A stretch of DNA of 64,000 nucleotides from an uncultured Clostridia bacterium (GTDB lineage: Bacteria; Acidobacteriota; Blastocatellia; UBA7656), in assembly GCA_964548075.1 (NCBI GenBank), contig CAZJQQ010000042.1, positions 92 through 64,091 of the forward strand. The letters run 5' to 3'. The translations under genes were made by a program, and so were the position numbers. Under the pieces are notes generated by a model. It had not been told where the DNA came from and did no database searches. It saw only the letters and a list, made by a program, of their open reading frames with translations. Positions 9,853-19,308 of this stretch are shown one piece after another (within the stretch, counting starts at the first letter, position 1; each line of letters opens with the position of its first letter).

Positions 9853-12800
9853 CTATTGATTCAGGGTCGTGCTTTTCGGCTTGTCTTCTTGGACTGCATC
9901 GCGATCCGCGTTGGCATAGGCATCGTGGCGAGCGCCCGTCACCTGCCACGAGACTTTGACGCGAGGCTTGTTGGTCTTGATGGTGAAGCTGCGGTTCCTG
10001 ATCTCGCGCACAACAATCGCCTGCGCGAACTGACCAATCACGGTGAGTTGATAGCGGAAGTCGCCGCTGAAGGATGCGAAATCAACCGGCAGCGTGACGG
10101 CGGCTTCGCCCTTTGCGTTAGTGATGATTGTGCCGCTGAGGGTGTTTCGCAAACTCTCAAGCCGAACGTGGTTTTGATTCAGTCGCAGTTGTTCGATCAG
10201 TTTTTGCTGTTCGCTAATCTGCGCTTGCTGTTCTTTGACCGCGTTGAGTAAGACAACCGCGATGCGGTCGTATTTCACGCCTTGAATCTGCCCATCTTTG
10301 TTGTAGGTAGCGAGAAGCGGCTCAACTTCCGCAACCTCTTCGGCGACCAAGCCCAAATCGGGCATCCCGCCTTCCTTCCAATCAAAAGTAATCGGGCGCA
10401 GACGGTTGACCAGATTTAAGCCTGAACCGAAAGGCGCGATGTTGGTTTTGTAGCGCAGGCTTGATGAGCAATTAGAAATCGCACTTGAGGCGTTAATACA
10501 CAACGGCACTCCGCCCGCGCCGAGTTTGAAGACTTTGAGAAAGCCGGGGATTTCAACGGTGTCCGGTGAACCACCTAAAACAACTGTGTTGCTGGTACTG
10601 ACAAGCGCGCCTGCGCCGATGGCGGTGGCAAACTCAAGATTGCTGCCTGTGGGAACATTGGCTCCTGCGCCGATCATTGTGTTCCTTTTGCCCGTCGTGT
10701 TCTGTTCGCCGGCATCGTGTCCTACGAATGTGTTGAGGCTTCCTGTCGTGTTAAGAAGACCGGCATCGCGCCCGAAGAATGCGTTGCTGTCGCCTCCCGT
10801 GTTTTGATTGCCCGCAAGGTACCCAAAAAACGAGTTGCTGTTGCTAGTGTTTCGGAAGCCAGCCCCTTGCCCGAAAAATGCGTTTTGGCTGCCCGAAACA
10901 TTTGATTCACCAGCATCATGGCCGAAGAATGAGTTTTCCAAACCATCTTGGTTAGCGGTGCCGGCGTCAGTGCCAAAGAACGAGTTGCGGCTGCCCGAAG
11001 TGTTATCCCTACCGGCAGAAGTACCGAAGAACGAGTTGCTGCTGCCCGAACTGCCGCCGGGTGTCCCGGGACCCGCGCCAGCAAGAGAGCCGAAATAAGC
11101 GTTGTTGTCGCCCTGATTGTTCCTTCCAGCTCCAGTGCCAAAGATCGAATTATTATTTCTACTTGTATTTTGGCTGCCAGCATCCGAACCGAAATATGAG
11201 TTGCCAAAGCCATTAGTGTTCTCTCTTCCGGCTTGGTCACCAAAGAATGAGTTGTCTGTGCCCACAGTATTCTGCCTGCCCGCCTCAGCACCGAAGAACG
11301 AGTCCCGGTTGCCATCGCCACCGCCTAAGGCACCGATGTTATTCCTGCCCGCCTCGAAGCCGAAGAACGAATTGCGGCTACCTTCCGAGTTTTGATTGCC
11401 TGCATCCTTACCGAAGAAGGCGTTCATCACGCCCGTTGTGTTATTAAGGCCTGCCTGCCGACCAAAGAACGAATTGCCGTCAACCGTGTTATTAAAACCA
11501 GACAAAGTGCCAAAAAAAGAATTGTCTCTGCCCGTCGTGTTTGACCTTCCGGCATTCGAGCCGAAGAATGAGTTTTCACTGCCCGTTGTGTTCGACAATC
11601 CGACAAAAGAACCGAAGAATGAATTGAGATTGCCTGACATGTTCGCCCTGCCTGAATCTTTACCGAAGAACGAGTTGTTAAGAGCCGTGTTATTCAAGCC
11701 CGCCTCAAAACCGAAGAACGAGTTATTGTTGGCTGTCATGTTTGCTGAGCCCGCACTCGTGCCAAAGAACGAGTTGCCAGTGCCTGTTGTGTTCGCCTTG
11801 CCCGCATCCTTGCCGAAGAAAGAATTGTTAGCGGCTATGTTATTCAAACCCGCCGCAAAGCCGAAGAACGAGTTATTGCTGGTTGTATTGTTCGCCCTGC
11901 CCGCCTCAGAACCGAAGAACGAGTTGGAGTTACCCGTCGTGTTTAACACGCCAGCAAGGAACCCAAAGAACGAGTTATTAGAAACCGTGTTTGACTGGCC
12001 AGCACTGCTCCCAAAAAACGAATTGAAGTTACCTGTGATGTTATCTCGACCGGCAGAAAACCCGAAGAACGCATTGTTGCTGCCATTCGTGTTGAGGCCA
12101 GCATTAAAACCGAGGAACGAATTGCCAAAGCCTGTTTGATGTGCAAACCCAGCCGAGCCTCCAACGAATGTATTCTTCTCACCTGATATGTTTGACGCGC
12201 CCGCAGATCTGCCAACGAATACATTGTTGCTACCATCCGTATTCAACAAACCCGCTGCAGCGCCGAAGAAGGCGTTGTCATCACCATCAATGTTAGACAT
12301 GCCCGCCGAATCGCCAACGAAGGAATTGTTGCTTCCCACTGTGTTTGCTGTCCCCGAGTTCACGCCAGCAAACAGATTGTTTGCTCCACTTATACTCAAC
12401 ACACGATTGCCACCGATGTTGTACTGCGTTCCCGCATTTACTTGTGTTCCCGCACTGACAACGCTCGCCGATAACGAACCGGCTGCCGTCCCATTGCCGC
12501 TGATGTTGAAGCTCGTGTCGGGCTGCTGGGTAGTGCTGTTCTGGATGAACCCGGTGGCAGAGAATCCTCCGAGTTGGGCGGCAGTCATAGCGCGGATAGC
12601 ATAGGGTGTCGAGGTGATCGCCTGGCGCGGACTCAGCACAGTGTGAGGGTCAGGGTTCCCTGCCGGCCGAACGCCGATCTCAAGAAAGCGCGCAGAACCA
12701 TCGAACACATTTGAGCCGAAGTCAAGCTGCACGGTGAACACTCCGCTCGTCACCTGAACCATCGGGTTTGTCATGGTCGCGCCTTGTTGCATGCCTGTGC

Positions 12801-12990
12801 CGACAGTAGCAGTGTCGAACAACTTGAACTGCATATCGAACATTCCGTTTGAGGGGTTTCCGCCGTCGGTGAGGCGGCCCTGATAGCCGAACGCAGTTCC
12901 CTGAGCTGATGCGGTGCTGGATAAGGCCAACATCAACAACAAGAGTTGCAAACAAAGCTGGCAAACATGAGCAAGTGATCTCGTCGGCAT
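9853..12990 (-). CDS. Secreted repeat fibre protein with a peptidase S74 intramolecular-chaperone (tail-fibre/endosialidase-type) domain
   Basis: Signal peptide ending ASAQ. About 33 tandem 16-17-aa units of the form NSFFGxxAGxxNTxGxx. Then NCSSSLRYKTNIAPF...ITFDWKEG...GLVAEEVAEVEPLL...VKYDRIAVVLLNAVKEQQ, matching the S74 autoproteolytic chaperone domain as I recall it. A further ~150 aa follow. Confidence 0.85.
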   Translation of the reverse strand: MPTRSLAHVCQLCLQLLLLMLALSSTASAQGTAFGYQGRLTDGGNPSNGMFDMQFKLFDTATVGTGMQQGATMTNPMVQVTSGVFTVQLDFGSNVFDGSARFLEIGVRPAGNPDPHTVLSPRQAITSTPYAIRAMTAAQLGGFSATGFIQNSTTQQPDTSFNISGNGTAAGSLSASVVSAGTQVNAGTQYNIGGNRVLSISGANNLFAGVNSGTANTVGSNNSFVGDSAGMSNIDGDDNAFFGAAAGLLNTDGSNNVFVGRSAGASNISGEKNTFVGGSAGFAHQTGFGNSFLGFNAGLNTNGSNNAFFGFSAGRDNITGNFNSFFGSSAGQSNTVSNNSFFGFLAGVLNTTGNSNSFFGSEAGRANNTTSNNSFFGFAAGLNNIAANNSFFGKDAGKANTTGTGNSFFGTSAGSANMTANNNSFFGFEAGLNNTALNNSFFGKDSGRANMSGNLNSFFGSFVGLSNTTGSENSFFGSNAGRSNTTGRDNSFFGTLSGFNNTVDGNSFFGRQAGLNNTTGVMNAFFGKDAGNQNSEGSRNSFFGFEAGRNNIGALGGGDGNRDSFFGAEAGRQNTVGTDNSFFGDQAGRENTNGFGNSYFGSDAGSQNTSRNNNSIFGTGAGRNNQGDNNAYFGSLAGAGPGTPGGSSGSSNSFFGTSAGRDNTSGSRNSFFGTDAGTANQDGLENSFFGHDAGESNVSGSQNAFFGQGAGFRNTSNSNSFFGYLAGNQNTGGDSNAFFGRDAGLLNTTGSLNTFVGHDAGEQNTTGKRNTMIGAGANVPTGSNLEFATAIGAGALVSTSNTVVLGGSPDTVEIPGFLKVFKLGAGGVPLCINASSAISNCSSSLRYKTNIAPFGSGLNLVNRLRPITFDWKEGGMPDLGLVAEEVAEVEPLLATYNKDGQIQGVKYDRIAVVLLNAVKEQQAQISEQQKLIEQLRLNQNHVRLESLRNTLSGTIITNAKGEAAVTLPVDFASFSGDFRYQLTVIGQFAQAIVVREIRNRSFTIKTNKPRVKVSWQVTGARHDAYANADRDAVQEDKPKSTTLNQ

Positions 12991-13316
12991 GGCTTTTTCT
13001 CCCTGGTCCGGCCGGTCGTCAGTCGTCCAGGACCGGTGAGCTAGCCGTGAATCAAGCAGAGAATCTCTGCATGCGCGGCCAGCCTCCAGTCTGAATCAAG
13101 TCACGCTGATGATCGGACCGAACTACGACATCTGTAATTTGTCGGGCGGTTTTTGCGAGCCCATCTATTAAAGCGAGAAAATCGGCCGCAAACATCCATG
13201 TCAATTCCAGTGTTGCGAAGGAACATGGCTGAGCGCTTGCCTATTGACTTGCCTCTTCGGGCGGTGCTCACATGATCTCCCTGAAATAGTGATCGAAGGC
13301 TGGCGCGGGAGGGCGT

Positions 13317-13883
13317 ATGATTTCATCCTTGCCAAAGGATGTGACCCAACTGCTTGCGGACTTGCGCAACGGCGATGCAGCCGCGCTTGACCAATTGATG
13401 CCGCTGGTCTATCGCGAGCTGCGCCGGCTGGCCGAGCACTACATGCGAGGCGAGCGAACGGATCACACTCTCCAGCCCACCGCGCTCGTTCACGAAGCCT
13501 ACCTGCGGCTGGTTCAAATCGACGTGGATTGGCAGGACCGGGTTCACTTCTTCGCCATCGCCGCTCAAGTGATGCGCCGTATCCTGGTCGACCACGCAAG
13601 AAAACATCGTTACGCTAAGCGGGGAGCGGGCGCGCGAAAGGTAGCGCTGGATGAGGCAATAGATCTGTCACGCGAACGAGCCGGCGATCTGGTAGCGCTT
13701 GACGACGCGTTGACGAGTCTGGCCGCCTTCGACCACAGGAAAAGCCGAATCATCGAGCTTCAGTATTTTGGCGGGCTTACCTATGAAGAAACCGCCGGGG
13801 TCCTCGGCGTTTCGCTCACAACCGTGCAACGGGAGGTGAAGATGGCCAAGGCGTGGCTGTATCGCGAGATCAAGGATAAGTGA
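13317..13883 (+). CDS. ECF-type RNA polymerase sigma factor (TIGR02999-like, kinase-associated class)
   Basis: N-terminus [30 protein letters not shown], then [16 protein letters not shown], and a region 4 HTH ([29 protein letters not shown]). A Ser/Thr kinase gene follows 4 nt downstream. Confidence 0.9.
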   Translation: MISSLPKDVTQLLADLRNGDAAALDQLMPLVYRELRRLAEHYMRGERTDHTLQPTALVHEAYLRLVQIDVDWQDRVHFFAIAAQVMRRILVDHARKHRYAKRGAGARKVALDEAIDLSRERAGDLVALDDALTSLAAFDHRKSRIIELQYFGGLTYEETAGVLGVSLTTVQREVKMAKAWLYREIKDK

Positions 13884-13887
13884 TGCT

Positions 13888-16800
13888 ATGACCCCTGAAC
13901 GTTGGCAACAGATTCAAGAGCTCTTCCACGCGGCGCTCGACCAGGCGCCGGATGACCGCGCCGCTTTTCTGGAGCAAGCGTGTGCCGGCGATCGCGCCTT
14001 GCGAGACGAGGTGGAATCCCTGCTCGCATCAGGCGCAGAGGTTGGAAGCTTTATTGAGGGGGCCATCCAGGGCGTGGCGGAGTCGGTAACAAGTGATCAA
14101 GCCGGCCAGGCAGCAGGCCGCCGCATCGGTCCCTACAAACTGATCCGCGAGATCGGCCGTGGCGGGATGGGCGCCGTCTACCTCGCCGAGCGCGCCGACG
14201 ATCAATATCGGAAACAGGTTGCGGTCAAACTGGTCAAAGGTGGCATGGGGACGGACGAGATTCTCCGGCGATTTCGCCACGAGCGCCAGATTCTGGCCAA
14301 CCTTGATCATCCGAATATTGCAAGGCTGCTCGACGGCGACACAACCGAAGAGGGTCTGCCCTATTTCGTGATGGAGCACGTCGCGGGCAAACCCATCGAC
14401 CAATATTGTGACGCGCGCAAGCTCTCAATAATCAATCGATTGAAACTCTTTCGGAACGTCTGTTCTGCTGTTCACTACGCGCACCAGAATCTGGTGGTCC
14501 ACCGCGATCTCAAGCCCAGCAACATTCTGGTCACTGTGGACGGCATGCCAAAGCTGCTCGATTTCGGTATCGCGAAAATGCTGCATCCCGAACCCGACGC
14601 AGGTACGCTTACTGCCACAGCGATAGGGCAGCGGCCGATGACGCCGGACTATGCCAGCCCCGAGCAAGTGCGCGGCGAGCCCATCACCACGGCCGCTGAC
14701 GTGTATTCGCTGGGGGTCTTGCTGTATGAGCTGCTCACCGGACACCGCCCTTATCATTTCAAGAATCGGCTTCCGCAAGAAGTGGAGCGGGTCATATCCG
14801 AGGTAGAGCCAGAAAGACCGAGCACCGCCGTTAGCCGAACCGACCCGATCAGCGGATCTGATGATCCGAGTCCTATCACAATTACACCCCAGTCGATTGG
14901 TGAGAACCGAGACGAGACACCTGAGAGACTACGGCGGCGGCTGGCCGGCGACCTCGACAACATAGTGCTGATGGCGCTCCGCAAAGAGCCTCAACGGCGA
15001 TATGCATCCGTCGAGCAGTTCTCAGAAGACATCAGGCGGCACCTGGAGGGCTTGCCGGTCATCGCACGAAAAGACACGTTCGGCTATCGCGGGGGCAAGT
15101 TCATCAAGCGGCATAAGGTGGGCGCTGCGATGGCGGTGACGATCTTCACGATCGTGATTGGCTTCGGCATCACGATGGCGGTTCAGTCAGTCCGCATTGC
15201 CCGCGAGCGCGATCGAGCGCTGACTGCCGAGCAACTCGCCGCCGATAAGCGCACCGAAGCCGAGAGCGAACGCGACCGCGCCATCGCCGCCGAGCGACTG
15301 GCAGCAGAGCAGCGCAGCGAAGCCGAACGCGCCCGCGATGCTGAACGACAGCAACGTCAGCTTGCCGAGCACCTGCTGGGTCGAGCAGAGAAGGCCGAAC
15401 AACAAGCCACTGCGGAGACCTTTCGCGCGAAGACCGAGGCGGAGACTGCCAGGCGCGTCTCGGAGTTTCTGGTTGGTCTGTTCGAAGTCTCCGACCCCGG
15501 CCGATCCCGGGGGAACACGATAACCGCGAGAGAGATTCTGGACAAAGGCGCGGCTAGAATCACGACAGAGTTGAATAACCAACCGAAGGTGCAGGCCACG
15601 TTGATGGCCACGATCGGCCGGGTCTACGAGAGTCTTGGGCTGTACGACAGCGCAGCGCCGCTACACGAGCAGGCGTTCAAGATCAGGCGTCAGGCTCTGG
15701 GAGCGGAACATCCAGAGGTTGCCAAAAGCCTCAATGACCTGGCCGAGGTTCTGCGCAGAAAGGGCGACCTCAAGACGGCTGAGGCGCGCTATCGCGAGGC
15801 CCTCGCGATGCAGCGGAAGCTCCTGGGGCAGGAACATCCAGACGTGGCCGAGAGCCTGGACAATCTGGCTATAGTGCTGGACAGCAAGGGTGATTTCAAA
15901 GAGGCTGAGCCGCTCTTTCGCTTCGCCCTCGCTATGAGGCGGGAGCTACTAGGCAAGGAACACGCGAAGGTGGCGGAGAGCCTGAACAATCTGGCAGAGC
16001 TACTTCGAAAGAAGGGAGACTACGCGACAGCCGAGCCTCTGCACCGCGAAGCGTTAACCATGCGACGCAAGCTGCTGGGCAAGGAGCACCCCGACGTGGC
16101 AATCAGCCTCGACAACCTTGCGATACTGCTGCACTCGAGAGGAGACTTGGACGCGGCCGAACCGCTGTACCGCGAGTCACTAGCGATATTCCGCAAGGTG
16201 CTCGGGGAAGAGCACCCAGACCTAGCCACCAACCTGAGCAACCTGTCGGTGTTGCTCTACGCGAAGGGGTCCTACGATTCTGCCGAGCCCCTCTGCCGCG
16301 AGGCGCTGGCAATGAGGCGCAAGCTCCTGGGTGAGGACCACGCGGATGTCGCTCTGAGCCTCAACAATCTGGCGGTGCTGCTGAAAGCCAAAGGCGACTA
16401 CGCGGGGGCTGAGCCCTTGTACCGCGAGGCTCTATCTATTCATCGTAAGCTAAAGGGCGAGGAACACCCAAATGTTGCGCAGGCCATGCATAATCTCGCG
16501 CGGCTGCTGCACGACAAAGGCGACTACGCAGCGGCCGAGCCGTTTTATCGCCAGGCGCTCGAGCTGAGACGGAAGAGGTTGCCGGAAGGACACCCTGACA
16601 TCGCGCTCTCGCTGATAGGGCTGGGTCAACTGCTCACCGACAGGGCGATACCTCAGAGCGCCGGGCTCTTGCTTCACGAAGCCCTGGAGATTCGGCGTAA
16701 AACCTTGCCGAGCGGAGACTGGCGAATTGCCGAGGCCGGGAGCGTGTTTGGAGGCTGTCTGGTTGCGTTGCAAAGGTATGACCAAGCTGAACCGCTCTTG

Positions 16801-16953
16801 TTGGAGAGCTACACGATTCTAAAGGCAAAGCGCGGAGAACGAAACAGGCTCACGCAAGAGACTGTGAAACGCCTCGTTGCTCTTTACGAAGCGTGGGGCA
16901 AGCCCGAGAAAGTCGCCCAATACCGGGCTGTGCTCCAGACGTCGAACCGCTAA
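13888..16953 (+). CDS. Ser/Thr protein kinase with a TM segment, coiled coil and about 10 kinesin-light-chain-type TPR units
   Basis: Kinase motifs GRGGMGAVYLA, HRDLKPSNIL, DFGIAK and SPEQ. TM segment AAMAVTIFTIVIGFGITMAV. Repeated 42-aa units (AEPLYREALAMRRKLLGxEHPDVAxSLNNLA). Confidence 0.9.
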   Translation: MTPERWQQIQELFHAALDQAPDDRAAFLEQACAGDRALRDEVESLLASGAEVGSFIEGAIQGVAESVTSDQAGQAAGRRIGPYKLIREIGRGGMGAVYLAERADDQYRKQVAVKLVKGGMGTDEILRRFRHERQILANLDHPNIARLLDGDTTEEGLPYFVMEHVAGKPIDQYCDARKLSIINRLKLFRNVCSAVHYAHQNLVVHRDLKPSNILVTVDGMPKLLDFGIAKMLHPEPDAGTLTATAIGQRPMTPDYASPEQVRGEPITTAADVYSLGVLLYELLTGHRPYHFKNRLPQEVERVISEVEPERPSTAVSRTDPISGSDDPSPITITPQSIGENRDETPERLRRRLAGDLDNIVLMALRKEPQRRYASVEQFSEDIRRHLEGLPVIARKDTFGYRGGKFIKRHKVGAAMAVTIFTIVIGFGITMAVQSVRIARERDRALTAEQLAADKRTEAESERDRAIAAERLAAEQRSEAERARDAERQQRQLAEHLLGRAEKAEQQATAETFRAKTEAETARRVSEFLVGLFEVSDPGRSRGNTITAREILDKGAARITTELNNQPKVQATLMATIGRVYESLGLYDSAAPLHEQAFKIRRQALGAEHPEVAKSLNDLAEVLRRKGDLKTAEARYREALAMQRKLLGQEHPDVAESLDNLAIVLDSKGDFKEAEPLFRFALAMRRELLGKEHAKVAESLNNLAELLRKKGDYATAEPLHREALTMRRKLLGKEHPDVAISLDNLAILLHSRGDLDAAEPLYRESLAIFRKVLGEEHPDLATNLSNLSVLLYAKGSYDSAEPLCREALAMRRKLLGEDHADVALSLNNLAVLLKAKGDYAGAEPLYREALSIHRKLKGEEHPNVAQAMHNLARLLHDKGDYAAAEPFYRQALELRRKRLPEGHPDIALSLIGLGQLLTDRAIPQSAGLLLHEALEIRRKTLPSGDWRIAEAGSVFGGCLVALQRYDQAEPLLLESYTILKAKRGERNRLTQETVKRLVALYEAWGKPEKVAQYRAVLQTSNR

Positions 16954-16960
16954 AGGAACT

Positions 16961-18505
16961 ATGCTGACTGTTGAATTGATTCGACGTGGAGCGCGTTTCT
17001 TTTCCGAGCGTACCGCCGTGTTGTTCGAAGACAAATCGTTGACCTTCTCTGAGGTCGACGAGCTTTCAAATCGTTTCGCGCACGTCCTCGCCATTAACGG
17101 CATCAGCCGAGGCTCCCGGCTTGCAATTCTTGCGAACAACAGCCTCTACAGCATGCCGGTCGATTTCGCGTGCGTGAAAGCCGGCGCTGCTCGCACGCCG
17201 TTGAATGCGCGGCTCTCGATTGACGAGCACGAACACATGCTGCGCGAGACCGGCGCGCGGCTGGTGATCTACGACGCCGAGCTGGCTGAGCGGGCTGAGG
17301 CTCTCGGTGGACGAGTTGCAGGGGTCAAGCTCCTCGGCTTGGGCTCCGAGCGCTGCGGAGCTGACTTGCTCGTCGAGGCTTCGTCAGCTTCGTCCGATGA
17401 TCCGCAAACACCGGCCGATCCCGACGACGTACTCCTGACGGTTTTCACCTCCGGCACAACCGGGCGATTGAAAGCGGCCGAGCACACGCAAGCGACTTAT
17501 GCGGCGGTTTGCAATAACACGTCGATAAACCTGCCCGACATTGGACCCGATGACGTGATGCTTCATGCGGCATCGCTGTTTCATGCGAGCGGTTGTTTCC
17601 TGCTGCCTTACTGGATGAAGGGCGCTTGCAGCGCGGTGCTTGCGCGATTCGAGCCAGCGGAGTTTCTCAATGCGATCGTCCGGTGGCGAGCTACTTCGAT
17701 TCACGTGGTGCCAACGATGCTGGCGATGCTTCTGGCTCACCCGGATATCGAGAAGGCGGACATCTCGTCGGTGAGAACGATAGTCTACGGCGCGTCGCCG
17801 ATGCCGCTGCCGGTGATCAAGCGAGCGCTCGAGCTGTGGGGTCCGCGATTCGTTCAGTACTACGGCCAGACCGAAGCGCCTTTATTCATCACCAGGTTGG
17901 ACAAGGAAGCCCACGTGGGGCCGGGCGCTGAGCGGCGGCTGGTTGCGTGTGGACGGCCTTCGGTCGATTGCGAAATCCGGTTGATCGACGACAAGGGCGA
18001 CGACGTCACGCCTGGCGAGCAAGGCGAGATTGCGCTGCGCGCGCCGTTCGCGATGAAGGGCTACCTTAACGCGCCCGATCTGAACGCCGCGATGTTTGTC
18101 GAAGGCGGATGGCTGCGCACTCGCGACGTCGGGCGCTTTGATGAAGACGGCTATCTATATCTGGTCGATCGCACGTCGGATATGATCATCACCGGCGGCT
18201 ACAACGTGTACCCCCGCGAAGTCGAGGATGCGTTGTTGGCTCATCCGGCCGTGCTTGAGTCCGCGGTGGTCGGCGCGCCTCACGAGAAATGGGTTGAAGC
18301 GGTAACCGCGTTTGTCGTGCTGCGGCCGGGCAGAGAAGCTTCCGAAGACGAGTTGATAGAGTTCACGCGCGGACGGCTTGCGAGTTACAAGGTCCCCAAG
18401 TCAGTGCGGTTCATCGAGCAGATCCCAAAGAGCGCTGTAGGAAAAGTGCTTAGGCGCGCTCTGCGTGATCCTCTTTGGAAAGCTGCGAATGACCGCTCCC
18501 CCTGA
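16961..18505 (+). CDS. AMP-dependent acyl-CoA synthetase/ligase
   Basis: AMP-binding motif FTSGTTGRLKAA, plus YGQTE, and C-terminal GEIALR...GWLRTRDVG...DRTSDMIITGGYNVYP. Start moved to ATG 16961, just after the kinase stop. Confidence 0.9.
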   Translation: MLTVELIRRGARFFSERTAVLFEDKSLTFSEVDELSNRFAHVLAINGISRGSRLAILANNSLYSMPVDFACVKAGAARTPLNARLSIDEHEHMLRETGARLVIYDAELAERAEALGGRVAGVKLLGLGSERCGADLLVEASSASSDDPQTPADPDDVLLTVFTSGTTGRLKAAEHTQATYAAVCNNTSINLPDIGPDDVMLHAASLFHASGCFLLPYWMKGACSAVLARFEPAEFLNAIVRWRATSIHVVPTMLAMLLAHPDIEKADISSVRTIVYGASPMPLPVIKRALELWGPRFVQYYGQTEAPLFITRLDKEAHVGPGAERRLVACGRPSVDCEIRLIDDKGDDVTPGEQGEIALRAPFAMKGYLNAPDLNAAMFVEGGWLRTRDVGRFDEDGYLYLVDRTSDMIITGGYNVYPREVEDALLAHPAVLESAVVGAPHEKWVEAVTAFVVLRPGREASEDELIEFTRGRLASYKVPKSVRFIEQIPKSAVGKVLRRALRDPLWKAANDRSP

Positions 18506-18559
18506 TTGGCTCCGGGGAATCGTCAGTGTGCATGCTATTATTGGCGCGAGGTGATTGAA

Positions 18560-18829
18560 ATGGCTGCAATAAACAAACAACAAACATGCTTAGCCGAGCC
18601 ATTCGCAGCCGAGGCACAGGCATTTCGCCGAAAACTGCCTCAGCTGCTCGGTCGTTATGAAGGCGAATTTGTCGCGCTCTATCGCGGCCGGGTCGTTGGG
18701 CACGGCGCTAACGATGAGGAGTTGGCGCTGCGGATGTACGAACGATTAGGTGATGCGGCTTTCTATATCGCGCGCGTCGAACGCCAACCGACCGTTTACG
18801 ATCTGCCCTCGCCCGAGGTAGTCGCCTAG
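18560..18829 (+). CDS. Small DUF5678-like protein
   Basis: 89-aa ORF from ATG 18560, preceded by GAGGTG. FVALYRGRVVGHGANDEELALRMYERLGDAAFYIARV resembles DUF5678. Recollection only. Confidence 0.55.
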   Translation: MAAINKQQTCLAEPFAAEAQAFRRKLPQLLGRYEGEFVALYRGRVVGHGANDEELALRMYERLGDAAFYIARVERQPTVYDLPSPEVVA

Positions 18830-18831
18830 CG

Positions 18832-19206
18832 ATGCCGGCTTATGATTCCAGCTTCAATCCACCAGCACCGATTGCGGAGGTGACAGTAGTTCATCCCGTC
18901 AGTGGTGCCAAAAGCGTTCCGTTGCAGGGTAAGTTGGATACTGGCGCTGACGTGACGGTAATACCAGAGCAGTTAGTGACTCAACTCTGTCTCACTCCCA
19001 AAGGGAACTTGTGGACGCGCGGTTACGACGGAACGTATTCGCAGCGCCCTGTTTACTACGTGGGGATGACGATTGAAGGCTTTCTCGTCGCATCGGCGCG
19101 TTGCATCTCTACTGTGCGTGGCAATGTGCTACTTGGGCGCAACGTGCTCAATCGCTTCTTGATCACGCTTGACGGTAAGGGGCAGACCTTCGCGATTACC
19201 GAATGA
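18832..19206 (+). CDS. Retropepsin-like aspartic peptidase
   Basis: 124 aa with the KLDTGADVTVIP active-site motif and LLGRNVLNRF near the C-terminus. It starts 2 nt after the previous stop. Confidence 0.7.
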   Translation: MPAYDSSFNPPAPIAEVTVVHPVSGAKSVPLQGKLDTGADVTVIPEQLVTQLCLTPKGNLWTRGYDGTYSQRPVYYVGMTIEGFLVASARCISTVRGNVLLGRNVLNRFLITLDGKGQTFAITE

Positions 19207-19308
19207 CGTTCGTTTCCTTCACAGCACGGCACCCTTTACTAGAAACCGGCTGAAGGTGCTTTAGTAGTCTGAGCCCACCTTCCATCCTGACAGCTTTCGA
19301 GAGATACG

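Noticed and set aside
11396-12139. A 247-aa plus-strand ORF with striking PKNEL repeats, and similar ORFs at 10808..11098, 11117..11395 and 12188..12604.
   Set aside because: It is antisense to the NSFFG repeat region of the fibre gene. The periodicity is the mirror image of the uniform NSFFG codons. It has no start context or independent coding evidence.
13200-13316. A possible ECF-type promoter (GGAAC at 13217-13221) upstream of the sigma gene.
   Set aside because: No convincing -10 element lies at the expected 16-17-nt spacing. A single 5-mer is not evidence.
15600-16700. Nucleotide-level periodicity of about 126 nt in the first kinase gene, which might be a DNA repeat element.
   Set aside because: It is explained by the tandem 42-aa kinesin-light-chain-type TPR units of the protein. 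It is not an independent DNA feature.
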